Source: Phyllobates terribilis | Taxonomy: Eukaryota | Direction of reading: 5' to 3' | DNA length: 64,000 nucleotides | NCBI RefSeq assembly: GCF_046119375.1 | Contig: NW_027362771.1 | Coordinates: 621,922,001-621,986,000, forward strand | Shown here: piece by piece, positions 24,575-36,532 of the stretch | Numbering within the stretch: position 1 is the stretch's first letter | How the letters are laid out: every line of letters begins with the position of its first letter | Position numbers and translations under genes: made by a program | Notes under the pieces: generated by a model | Databases searched by the model: none | Told to the model about the DNA's origin: nothing | Seen by the model: only the letters and a program-made list of their open reading frames with translations

Positions 24575-25155
24575 CAGTACAGACCAAAAGTTTGGACACA
24601 CCTTCTCATTTAAAGATTTTTCTGTATTTTCAAGACTTTGAAAATTGCACATTCACACTGAAGGCATCAAAACTATGAATTAACACATGTGGAATTATAT
24701 ACTTAACAAAAAAGTGTGAAACAACTGAAAATATGTCTTATATTCTAGGTTATTCAAAGTAGCCACCTTTTGCTTTGATAACTGTTTTGCACACTGTTGG
24801 CATTCTCTTGATGAGCTTCAAGAGGTAGTCACCGGAAATGGTCTTCCAACAATCTTGAAGGAGTTCCCAGAGATGTTTAGCACTTCTTGGCCCTTTTGCC
24901 TTCACTCTGCGGTCCAGCTCACCCCAAACCATCTCGATTAGGTTCAGGTCTGGTGACTGTGGAGACAAGGTCATCTGGCGTAGCACCCCATCACTCTCCT
25001 TCTTGGGCAAATAGCCTTACACAGCCTGGAGGTTTGTTTGGGGTCATTGTCCTGTTGAAAAATAAATGCTGTTCCAACTAAACGCAAACCGGATGGAATA
25101 TCATGCTGCTGCAAGATGCTGTGGTAGCCATGCTGGTTCAGTATGCCTTCAATTC
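24575..25155 (-). mobile_element. Truncated Tc1-like DD38E element (one TIR and transposase C-terminus)
   Basis: TA-CAGTACAGACCAAAAGTTTGGACACACC end; same family as 41032-42661 and 62567 onward. Confidence 0.9.
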
Positions 25156-26979
25156 AATATTGCTAAAATAGCCTTTGACTTGTACAAGTAATCTTGATCA
25201 AACTGCAGTTGGGCAGAAATTTTCTGTTTGGAGAGCTGTGGCTATCTCATTGCCATCTTGCCAGACACACTATCGCTGTTCAGTGTCCAACTATGGTGGA
25301 GCCATGAACATTAATATAGGCTAAATTGAGAGAGGCCTCTATTTGCTTAGAGGTTACCTTGGGATCCATTTGTGATTTTGCGTACTATCTCTTGGAATGA
25401 TCTCTGTTGGTCAATCACTTCTTGATTAGGTAAAAAAGATTTTGAATATCGTCTATTTGCAAACAATCTGGATTGTTGGAGTCCAAATTGTTTAGAAAAT
25501 GGTTTGCAATCTTTCCAGCCTGATCATAGAATCATAGAATCATAGAATCATAGAATGGTAGAGTTGGAGGGGACCTCCTGGGTCATCTGGTCCAACCCCC
25601 TGCTCAAAGCAGGATTCACTAGATCATCTCAGACAGATGTCTGTCCAGCCTCTGTTTGAAGACGTCCATTGAAGGGGAACTCACCACCTCTCGTGGCAGC
25701 CTGTTCCACTCATTAATCACCCTAACTGTCAAAAAGTTTTTTCTAATATCTAATCTGTGTCTCCTCCCATTTAGTTTCATCCCATTGCTTCTAGTCTTTC
25801 CTTGTGCAAATGAGAATAAAGATGATCCTTCTACAATGTGACAGCCCTTGACATATTTGTAGACAGCTATTAAGTCTCCTCTCAGTCTTCTTTTTTGCAA
25901 GCTAAACATTCCCAAATCCTGCAACCGTTCCTCATAGGACATGGTTTGCAGACCAGTCACCATTCTGGTCGCTCTTCTCTGAACTTGCTCCAGTTTGTCT
26001 ATGTCTTTTTTAAAATGTGGTGCCCAAAACTGTACACAGTATTCCAGATGAGGTCTGACCAAAGAGGAGTAAAGACCGATAATGACTTCACGTGATCTAG
26101 ACTGTATGCTTCTGTTAGTACATCCCAGAATTGTATTTGCCTTTTTTGCTGCTGCATCACACTGTTGACTCATGTTCAGTCTATGATCTATTAGTATACC
26201 TAAGTCTTTTTCACATGTACTGTTGCTTAGTCCTATTCCTCCCATTCTGTATATGCTTTTTCATTTTTATTGCCCAGATGTAGTACTTTGCATTTTTCCC
26301 TGTTAAAAACCATTCTGTTGGTTGCTGCCCACTGCTCCAGTTTATTTAGGTCTTTTTGAATCCTCTCTCTCTCTTCTCTAGTATTAGCTATCCCTCCTAG
26401 CTTTGTGTCATCAGCAAATTTAATCAGTTTACCCTCAATTCCTTCATCTAAATCATTGATAAAGATGTTGAACAATACAGGTCCCAGGACGGAGCCCTGT
26501 GGTACCCCACTTGAGACATTCATCCAGCTGGATGTGAAGCCATTTACAACCACCCTTTGAGTCCGATCACTAAGCCAGTTATAAATCCACCTAACAGTTG
26601 CCTGGTCCATTGCATACTTGGTCATTTTTTCAATAAGGATGGTGTGAGATACTTTGTCAAATGCTTTGCTGAAGTCAAGATATACTATATCTACAGCATT
26701 TCCCTGATCCACCCAGTCAGTGATTCTGTCATAGAAGGAAATTAAGTTAGTCTGACATGACTTGTTAGTAGTGTTGAGCCACCCCCGTAGTGTTCGGGTT
26801 CGGTTCGGTTCGTCGAACACCGGGATGTTCGAGGAACTGTTCGTCGAACTGTTCGTCGAACAGCTTAGAACACCGTCGAACACCGTTAAAACCAATGGCA
26901 GGCAAACAAAAACACATAGAAACACATAGAAAACACCTGCAAAGGTGTCCAAAAGCTGACAAACTGCTCAGAAGACACT

Positions 26980-27570
26980 CTCTTTAAAAAAGCCGGCCGG
27001 CAAATTCAGCAGCGGCATACAACGGTACCCGACAATTTAGACAAGAAGGAATAGAGCATCACACATAGATTAGATAGATAGAAACATGTCAGTCACACAT
27101 ATAAGAAGCACAGTGACAGTGTTGGTTACTGCACTTGTCATTTAGTGTAAAGGATTTATTAAAAAAAATATTAGTGTTTTCATGCACCGTCTCTTTAAAA
27201 AAGCCGGCCGGCAATTCAGCATCTGTACCCGACAATTTAGAACAGAAAGAATAGAGCTTCACACATAGATTAGATAGATAGAAACATGTTAGTCACATAT
27301 ATAATAAGTACAGTGATAGTGTTGCTTACTGTACTTGTCATTTAGTGTAAAGGATTTATTTAAAAAAATAATAGTGTTTTCATGGACTGTCTCTTTAAAA
27401 AAGCCGGCCGGCAATTCAGCAGCGGTACCCGACAATTTAGAACAGAAAGAATAGAGCATCACACATAGATTAGATAGATAGAAACATGTCAGTCACATAT
27501 ATATGAAGTACAGTGATAGTGTTGGTTACTGTACTTGTCATTTAGTATTAAAATAAAGGATTTATTATTA
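26980..27570. repeat. About 3 tandem copies of an approximately 205-bp unit; inverted copy at 29390-29431 plus 31082-31385
   Basis: TCTCTTTAAAAAAGCCGGCCGGCAA recurs at about 26980, 27190 and 27390. Confidence 0.88.
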
Positions 27571-28092
27571 AAAAAATTGGCGTGGGGTTCCCCTTAATTT
27601 TAGGCTCTAGCGGAGGTTAAGCAGACGGCTGGGGCAGATGTTTGAAGCCTGGGAAGGGGGTAATACCCACGGAGCTTCCCAGGCTACTAATATCAGCCCC
27701 CAGCTGAATACATAGCCTTTACTAGCTATTAAAATGGGGGACCCCCCAAAAAAAATGACGTGGGGTCCCCCCTAATTTAATAGCTAGCAAAGGCTAGGCA
27801 GACAGCTGGGGGCTGATATTAATAGCCCAGGAAGGGAGCCATGAATATTGGCCCCCTCCCAGGCTAGAAACACCAGCCGTCAGCCGCCCCAGAAATGGCG
27901 CATTCATAGGATGCGCCAATTCTGGCACTTAGCCTCGCTCTTCCACGCTGCCCTGGTGCGGTGGCAGGGGGTAATAGGATTGGGGTTGATGTCAGCTTAT
28001 AATGCCAGCTGACATCAAGCCCAGGTTAGTAATGGAGAGGCGTCTATAAGACACCCCCATTACTAACCCCATAGTCAAAGTTAAAAAAAACA

Positions 28093-28985
28093 CAAACACC
28101 CAGAATAAAGTCCTTTAATTGAAATAAAGACACAATCCTTTATTGTTCTAAATTAAACCATACTTACCATCACGCCCATTCCAGCTGAAGCCAACGATCT
28201 CCTGCAATAAAAGAAAAATAATAAAGAAACCTCATCCTTACCTTTCCATGGTTCCCACGACAGCTTCAGCTCTGCTACATCGAGATGACAGGCTGGACCG
28301 CAGCAGAACGCCGCCATCCAGCCTGTCATCCCGCAGACACTGAGAAGCGCAGGCTTGCTTGCGCTGCTCAGCGTCTCTCTGTGACGACATCCAGATGAGC
28401 CGAGTTCATGTCCAATGAACTCGGCTCACCTCATGCACGTCACTGACAGCGTGGGAAAATTCTCACGCTGAAGCGCTGATTGCAGGAGAATTTTCCCACG
28501 CTGTCAGTGACGTGCAGGAGGTGAGCTGAGTTCATTGGACATGAGCTCACCTCATGCACATCACTAACAGCGTGGGAGAATTCTCCTGCACTCAGCACTT
28601 CAGCGTGAGAATTTTCCCACGCTGTCAGTGACGTGCATGAGGTGAGCCGAGTTCATTGGACATGACCTCGGCTCATCTGGATGCCGTCACAGCGAGACAG
28701 TGAGGAGCGCAAGCATGCCTGCGCTTCTCAGTGTCTGCAGGATGACAGACTGGATGGCAGCGTTCTGCTGCGGTCCAGCCTGTCATCTCGATGTAGCAGA
28801 GCTGAAGCTGTCATGGGAACCATGGAAAGGTAAGGATGAGGTTGGTTTATTATTTTTCTTTTATTGCAGGAGATCGTTGGCTTCAGCTGGAATGGGTGTG
28901 ATGGTAAGTATGGTTCAATTTAGAACAATAAAGAATTGTGTCTTTATTTCAATTAAAGGACTTTATTCTGGGTGTTGTGTTTTTT
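28093..28985. repeat. Near-perfect palindrome of about 890 bp centred at 28535
   Basis: 28101 pairs with 28970 and 28512 with 28559 (same coordinate sum); the arms contain smaller hairpins. Confidence 0.93.
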
Positions 28986-29431
28986 TTAAATACTTTACTA
29001 GAAATTCATGGCGGTCATGTCTAATACTGGCGTGACCCCATGAATTTTGGGCTTGGGGCCAGCTGATAATACCAAGCTGGCCCTAACCCCTTTATTACCC
29101 AGTGAGCCACCGCACCAGGGCCCTGGATGAGTTGGGTACAGCGCCAGAAGATGGCGCTTCTATGAACGCGCCATTTTCTGGGGTGGCTGCGGACTGCAAT
29201 TTGTAGCGGGGGGGGCCCAGAAAGCTTGGGCCTCCCTGCGCTGCAGATTCCAGCCCCCAGCTGCCTAGTTGTACCTGGCTGGACACAAAAATAGGGCCCC
29301 AGCCGTCTGCTTAACCTCCGCTAGAGCCTAAAATTAAGGGGAACCCCACGCCAATTTTTTTAATAATAAATCCTTTATTTTAATACTAAATGACAAGTAC
29401 AGTAACCAACACTATCACTGTACTTCATATA

Positions 29432-31081
29432 CAGTTATATGAAAAAGTTTGGGCACCCCTATTAATCTTAAGATTAATGTTTTATAAAAATTGGTGTTTT
29501 TGCAACAGCTATTTCAGTTTGATATATGTAATAACTGTTGGATACAGTAATGTTTCTGCCTTGAAATGAGGTTTATTGTACTAACAGAAAATGTGCAATC
29601 TGCATTCAAACAAAATTTGTCAGGTGCATAAGTATGGGCACCCTTATCATTTTCTTGTTTTAAATACTCCTACCTACTTTTTACTGACTTACTAAAGCAC
29701 TTTTTTTGGTTTTGTAACCTCATTGAGCTTTGAACTTCATAGCCAGGTGTATGCAATCATGAGAAAAGCTACTTAAAGTGGCCACTTGCAAGTTGTTCTC
29801 CTGTTTGAATCTCCTCTGAAGAGTGGCATCATGGGCTCCTCAAAACAACTGTCAAATGATCTGAAAACAAAGATTATTCAACATAGTTGTTCAGGGGAAG
29901 GATGCAAAAAGCTGTCTCAGAGATTTAACCTGTCAGTTTCCACTGTGAGGAACATAGTAAGGAAATGGAAGAACACAGGGACAATTCTTGTTAAGGCCAG
30001 AAGTGGCAGGCCAAGAAAAACATCAGAAAGGCAGAGAAGAAGAATGGTGAGATCAGTCAAGGACAATCCTCAGACCACCTCCAGAGAGCTGCAGCATCAA
30101 CTTGCTGCAGATGGTGTCACTGTGCATCGGTCAACTATACAACGCACTTTGCACAAGGAGAAGCTGTATGGGAGAGTGATGCGAAAGAAGCCGTTTCTGC
30201 AAGCACACCACAAACAGAGTCGGCTGAGGTATGCAAAAGCACATTTGGAGAAGCCAATTTCTTTTTGGAAGAAGGTCCTGTGGACTGATGAAACCAAGAT
30301 TGAGTTGTTTGGTCATACAAAAAGGCGTTATGCATGGCGGCAAAAAAACACAGCATTCCAAGAAAAACACTTGCTACCCACAGTAAAATTTGGTGGAGGT
30401 TCCATCATGCTTTGGGGCTGTGTGGCCAATGCCGGCACCGGGAATCTTGTTAGAGTTGAGGGACGCATGGATTCCACTCAGTATCAGCAGATTCTTGACA
30501 ATAATATTCAAGAATCAGTGATAAAGTTGAAGTTACGCAGGGGATGGATCTTTCAGCAAGACAATGATCCACAACACCGCTCCAAATCTACTCAGGCATT
30601 CATGCAGAGGAACAATTACAATGTTCTGGAATGGCCATCCCAGTCCCCAGACCTGAATATCATTGAACATCTGTGGGATCATTTGAAGAGGGCTGTCCAT
30701 GCTCGGCGACCATCAAACTTAACTGAACTGGAATTGTTTTGTAAAGAGGAATGGTCAAAAATACCTTCATCCAGGATCCAGGAACTCATTAAAAGCTACA
30801 GGAAGCGACTAGAAGCTGTTATTTTTGCAAAAGGAGGATCTACTAAATATTAATGTCACTTTTCTGGTGAGGTGCCCATACTTATGCACCTGTCAAATTT
30901 TGTTTGAATGCAGATTGCACATTTTCTGTTAGTACAATAAACCTCATTTCAAGGCAGAAACATTACTGTGTCCAACAGTTATTACATATATCAAACTGAA
31001 ATAGCTGTTGCAAAAACACCAATTTTTATAAAACATTAAGCTTAAGATTAATAGGGGTGCCCAAACTTTTTCATATAACTG
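29432..31081 (+). mobile_element. Full-length Tc1 (DD34E) element with long IR/DR-type TIRs
   Basis: TA-flanked; TIRs of about 210 bp starting CAGTTATATGAAAAAGTTTGGGCACCC, with an inner direct repeat GCATAAGTATGGGCACC; 1650 bp. Confidence 0.97.
29831..30853 (+). CDS. Tc1 transposase, 340 aa, open
   Basis: GRPR AT-hook; WTDETK; PTVKFGGGSIMLWGC; QQDND-34 aa-E (SPDLNIIE); no stop codons. Confidence 0.95.
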   Translation: MGSSKQLSNDLKTKIIQHSCSGEGCKKLSQRFNLSVSTVRNIVRKWKNTGTILVKARSGRPRKTSERQRRRMVRSVKDNPQTTSRELQHQLAADGVTVHRSTIQRTLHKEKLYGRVMRKKPFLQAHHKQSRLRYAKAHLEKPISFWKKVLWTDETKIELFGHTKRRYAWRQKNTAFQEKHLLPTVKFGGGSIMLWGCVANAGTGNLVRVEGRMDSTQYQQILDNNIQESVIKLKLRRGWIFQQDNDPQHRSKSTQAFMQRNNYNVLEWPSQSPDLNIIEHLWDHLKRAVHARRPSNLTELELFCKEEWSKIPSSRIQELIKSYRKRLEAVIFAKGGSTKY

Positions 31082-32349
31082 TATATGTGACTGACATGTT
31101 TCTATCTATCTAATCTATGTGTGAAGCTCTATTCTGTCTGTTATAAATTGTCGGGTACCGCTGCTGAATTGCCGGCCGGCTTTTTTAAAGAGACGGTGCA
31201 TGAAAACACTATTATTTTTTTTGATAAATCCTTTACGCTAAATGACAAGTACAGTAAGCAACACTGTCACTGTACTTCGTATATATGTGGCTGACATGTT
31301 TATATCTATCTAATCTATGTGTGAAGCTCTATTCTTTCGGTTCTAAATTGTCGGGTACAGGTATATGCCGCTGCTGAATTTCCGGCTTTTCATGTTTCAC
31401 TTTTGGCACTGTTCCCATCGATTTGGGCAATCACTGTAATGCCACAACCACCATGGCTGTGGCATTACAGTGAGTGGCAGACAATCCCTGCATGATTGGT
31501 GCTCTAAATAGCGCCAGACATGCAGGACACGCTTTTGGTGCACGAACAGTTATCGAACATAACCTCGAACAGCCGAATTTTTTGCAAATCGTTCGGGTTC
31601 GTCGAACAACTCGAACACCGCCCAAAACAGCTCGAATTTGAGATTGGCGAACAGTTCTAGTCGAACACCGCTCATCTCTACTTGTTAGTTACAAACCCAT
31701 GCTGACTCTGGTTAATCACTTCATTCTTATCCATGTACTTACATACATGTTGTTTAATAATTTGTTCAAAGATCTTTCCTGGTATAGAAGTCAGACTCAC
31801 CGGCCTATAGTTCCCTGGGTCCAACTTCTTCCCCTTTTTGAAGATAGGAACAACATTTGCTCTTCTCCAGTCTTCTGGGACTTCTCCTGTTCTCCAAGAA
31901 TTTTCAAAGATTATGGAGAGTGGTTCTAAAATTTCTTCTACGATCTCCTTCAGTACTCTGGGGTGTAATTCATCTGGACCTGGAGACTTGAACTCATTTA
32001 TGTTAGCTAAATATTCCCTCACAATCTTTCTGTTTACAGATAACTTGGATTCCTCTATTCCTTTAAAAGGACAGTGAAGATCAGTTGATGTTACATTTTC
32101 TTTCTGAGAGAAAACAGATGCAAAATAGGAATTAAAAAGTTCGGCCTTCTCAACATCCTCTCTTACCATTTCTCCATTTTCATCCTGTAAAAATCCTATA
32201 GCATCTTTGACTTTTCTTTTACTTTTGACATACCCCCAAAATCCTTTTTTATTGCTTTTGACATCTCTTGCAAGCCTTAATTCATTGTCAGCTTTAGCTA
32301 ACCTGATACGTGCCCTGCAGAATCTGCAGACTGCATTATAATCTTCTTT

Positions 32350-33850
32350 GTGAGCAGAATAGGGCAGTTGATGAGCATTAACAACTCTTTTTATGAGGAT
32401 AAAGAGATTTGTCCAGCTCACCACTCCTGTAGTCCAAAGATGGTGAGAATTTCACCCCCATTGAAACTCCTCTACGTTGAAGATAAAATTTATTGTGAAA
32501 AAAGTAAAAAATTATGTTCCATTAAAAATTGAATGACCTGTATTATAAAAACCTGTAAATCTGCGGTGTACTGGCTATACCTAGAAAGATGGAAATGCAG
32601 TGCTTCAATAGCGAGATTGAGGAATAGACGTATAAAGATAGATGACATCGCAGCTCAGCCAAGTGAACTCCGAAGACCAGTTTTTGGTAGAAAACTGGTT
32701 TAGAATGTCAATTGAATCCTTCACATAGCCCAGTGCACGCTGCACTAAAGGTTGAAGCAAAGAGTCCAACCTTTCTCCCAGGTGCTCATTTGCTGAACCA
32801 ATCCCACTTATAATAGGTCTCATAGGAGGGGGATTTAAGCTTTTGTGCATCTTAGGCAAGCCATGCATTATTGGCATTACAGGATTTTCTACAATTAATT
32901 AATCAGATTGCTTCTCATTCAATACGCCTCCTGAAACACCCTCACAAATATTATTTTTGGTAAGTTAAGAAAAATGTTGCACAGTATTGTTAGGAAGTAA
33001 AGTGTAGGTTGAAACATCGTCAAACATAGTTAAAATTTGCAAATGGTACATAGATGAATCCATAGCAACCACTACAACACCCTTGTCTGACATTCGAATC
33101 ACTATATCATCCATGTGACTCTATGCAAATAAAGCTTTGTGCAATGCAGGTGTCAAATTCGATTTGGAAGGGTGACATAATGTAGAATCATGTAAAGCTT
33201 TTAATTCTCTCTCAATCAACTCTTGAAATCTGTCCATACAGTCTGCTCGTGATTGAACAGGATTGAAAAAAATGGGTTTTTCAATTGCAGTTTAGTAGTT
33301 TCATTAATGTCTCATGTAGTGTCCAATCCATCTAAATCCTCTAAACATATGGTGGAATATTGGTCAAAAAAATCCAGTTTCCTATAAACATTAGAGGTAT
33401 CCAATTCATCTGTACAAATGTTTTTTGACTGTTAGGTTACATATAAACTGATTGATGTCAAGAATAGTGTTGAACAAGTTAAAGTCTAAAAAGAAAAGGG
33501 GACAAAATTCAAGCTAAATGATAAAAGTTGTATTCGATCATTGTCTAAGGAATGTGAAGAAAGATTTAAAATGCTGGCACTGTGATTCAGTGGTAGTTGT
33601 AATTCTTGCGGCGGGTTGTCATGTTTGAAATGCTTCCGAATGTTCTTGCCCCCATATTTGTGTTTTCTGACATTTTCTTGTTAGTATGAGAAGAAGCACT
33701 CTTGGAATTAAAAGATCGAGAAGTATGCAAATCAGGCTCTGAGTCATTATTATAGACGTGATAAATCTAAATCTGATGAGCTGAAACTCACACAGGGTTT
33801 ATATGTGGAAAAATTGTGATAAGTAGATCATTTGGGGCAGTGCATTCCAG
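32350..33850 (-). mobile_element. Degraded Penelope-like element (RT fragment at 32605-32877)
   Basis: GLPKMHK...PPMRPIISGIGS...YVKDS...SCDV..LYTSIP is a PLE RT signature; the rest is decayed. Confidence 0.7.
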
Positions 33851-34739
33851 AAAACTAGTGCAGCACAAGAGACGTCTTGGAGACGAAGGTGTGAGGTTCG
33901 AATTAAGGAGGATGGTAGTCTTAGATCAGTTGCAGAATGGAGGGCGCAGGAGGGGCGATAGACAGAAATGAGGGATGAGGTATTGGGCGGTGCAGAACTG
34001 TGGAGAGCTTTGTGGGTGAGAGAGATGAGTTTGTATTGTATTCTGTGGTGAATGGGTAACTAGTGCAATGACTGGCACAGGGTAGAGGCATCGGTGAAGC
34101 GGCCTAATAGAAATACGACCCTGGCTGCTGAGTTCAGAATGGATTGGAGAGGAGAGAGTTTGTTTAGAGGGAGACCGATCAGAAGAGAGTTGCAGTAGTC
34201 CAGACAAGAGTGAATAAGAGCCACAGTAAGAGTTTTTGCAGTATCAAAGGTGAGAAAAGGTAATCATAAACTTTATGCATTTTATAATTATTCAAATCAC
34301 GTTGAAATTTCTGCCTTTTTACCATAGTAATGCTTTCTTCCACTTTGAGGATGGATTGCTGAGCACATTTATATACATTATTAAATCCGGGGCCAGATAT
34401 TGTGACTCTAATGAGGTTTTCAGTAATTCAATTTCTTTTTGCTGCAACATGGATTCCTCATATCTAGTTATAAGTCCATCAGATTAAGAGAAAAGTCACT
34501 TAGAATATCATTCCATTTCTCAATAAAAGTGGGAGCAGTAGGTGTCTTCTTGATCCTAAAATGGGCCGATTATGCTCTTACTAATACATTTTTGGAGGGT
34601 AGTATAATCCCAACACATTTTCGTTTCAGTAATCATCATTCATTTTCTCCAGATTCCCCATATTTTTTGCAGTAATGTCCATTGTAACATTCTCATCATT
34701 TGATACATCAAAAACATTAGCTGCTCGGGCTAATGTAAG

Positions 34740-35260
34740 TTCATATAAGTCATTTTCTAATTACAATAATACTCAGACACATCATATTAGAAGTTTTATT
34801 AATTATAATTCAAAAAATATAGTTTATTGTATTCAATGCACTTCCTGTCAGTTAAATTATATTGGTTGTACGAGCCGTAAAAGGAAAGTTAGAATCAATG
34901 AACATTTGAATGATATTTCTACCATTAATAATAAGAAGAATATTTTCATCTATTTCTAAACATTTTACTACACATCTCCAAAGACAGGTTTCACATGTCC
35001 GTGTGTTCGGCATTGAGAAGATCAATAATCTGCCGAGGGTGGTTAGTTTTCGAAATGCGTCGCCATGTTGCCTCCTGCTCCCCGTTTGCTGCATTGAATT
35101 TTTTGAATTTTAATATGCTTCAATAAAAGCTTGGATTTTTATACTATTTGCCAGAATCTGGATTTTCTCCTTTTCTCTGTTATTTCACATTTGGTTAGAA
35201 CATTTCTGTGCCTCTGGATTACAGGAGTTGTGAGCTGGGCAAATCTCTTTTTTCTCTATA
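34740..35260 (+). mobile_element. Penelope-like GIY-YIG endonuclease fragment and 3' flank
   Basis: IRSFINYNSKNIVYCIQCTSCQLNYIGCTSRKRKVRINEH. Confidence 0.8.
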
Positions 35261-36532
35261 TTTGCTGACCTTCCATTCTCTATACTCCCCTTGGATATAC
35301 CAATTAAAGCTGGATTTTTTCCTTTTCACTCTTTTTATGAGGTCCTAAGCAATCTCCTTCTTAGATGCCATGATACTCTGCCATAAGTGTTGTGTAGCTC
35401 ACTTGATCCCTCACTTAATCTATTATAAAACTAAGTTACAATAATATCAAAAAGTGAAAATATAAAAAATGAGGTAAAGGGTGAAAAAAAGAAAAAATTA
35501 TATTTAAAAAATTATGCAGTCAATAGGGCCTTTTCAGGCCTGGTCATTAAGGGTTTGAAATATTATTTTAATGAAGCCCCTATTTACTTTGATATAAGCC
35601 CTAATGGTCCACACTGTTCAGTCCATTTTGCTTCTCTGGTGTCTATTACATGCTATCATTAATTCATAAAATTAAATTTTGATGTTTACAGTCAGTAAAC
35701 TCAAGTTATAGTAACACCTTCACTGTGAGTTTCAGGAATGCCTTCCTGTAAATGAAACCATCATGTTGTTAATAGAGATGATTGAACCTTTTGATGTTCG
35801 GGTTCGTCGACGTTACCTGAACATTCCAAAAAGGTTCATGTTCGGGTACCCGAACCCAAACATGAACCCGAATGAGGTTCCTAGCAACGGTGGTTTTTCT
35901 ACGTGACAGCGCGGGAACAAGGGGCTCTGATCGGCGGTAACATCTTACTGTCGATCAGAGCACTGTGGCATCACACTGTGAGATGTCAGCGTGATCGCGC
36001 AGCTGTCAATATGAGCCGCGGTAAAAAGCTTACCACAGGTCACAGTCGTTGACTGATGAGACTACTACTCCCATCAGCTAACGCCTGCTGTCACTGTTAA
36101 CAGTGAGAGCAGGCGCCGCTGATGAAAGAAGTGATCTCTCATCAGCCGGTGCCTGTGCCCAAAGTTGAGTTGGAGTTGGCAGGAAGTTGAAAGGGCTTGG
36201 ATATGTAGTTTAAAGGACAGATTGGAGTCCTGGGTTACCCTGAGGCAGTGAGCTTGCTGGACTGGGGAGAGTGAGCAGCCATTAACTATGATGGATAGTT
36301 CAGTTGGGGAGGTTGAGTGAGACGGTGGAAAGATGAATTCAGTTTTATCCATGTTAAGTTTTAGAAATCTGTCAGAGAAGAAGAATGAAATAGGGGACAC
36401 ACATTGTGGGATTCTGGTTAGTAAGGAGGTGATATCAGGCCCAGAGAGGTAGATCTGTGTGTCATCAGCATAGAGGTGATACTCTAAGCCAAAGCCATTT
36501 GACTCTGTGAGCTGTCCCAGGCCGAAGGAGTA

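Larger units (their letters stand above)
26769..31680. mobile_element. Non-autonomous foldback hAT element
   Basis: TIRs TAGTGTTGAGC / TAGAGATGAGC; perfect 8-bp TSD CTTGTTAG (26761-26768 and 31681-31688); internal inverted arms. Confidence 0.95.
25523..32350 (-). mobile_element. CR1 LINE, 5'-truncated ORF2 (RT), split by the 26769-31680 insertion
   Basis: Joined translation ...NQSQHGFVTNK|SCQTNLISFYD...YLDFSKAFDKV...GVPQGSVLGPVLFNIFINDL...KFADDTKL...LVRPHLEYC; (CATAGAAT)n tail at 25523; one frameshift near 26245. Confidence 0.96.

Noticed and set aside
32351-32424. N-terminal extension of the 248-aa CR1 ORF, and the N-terminus of ORF 26233-26952
   Set aside because: Chance read-through from flanking or inserted sequence into CR1 ORF2.
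35000-35065. TTGAAGA...CGAAATGCGTC as a hammerhead
   Set aside because: TTGAAGA lies within GIY-YIG coding sequence (GIEKIN) and no credible stem II forms; at most a half relic.
36050-36150. CTGATGA motifs as hammerhead cores (also 45278 and 59157)
   Set aside because: They are arms of MITE palindromes pairing with TCATCAG, with no GAAA/GUH in the required geometry.
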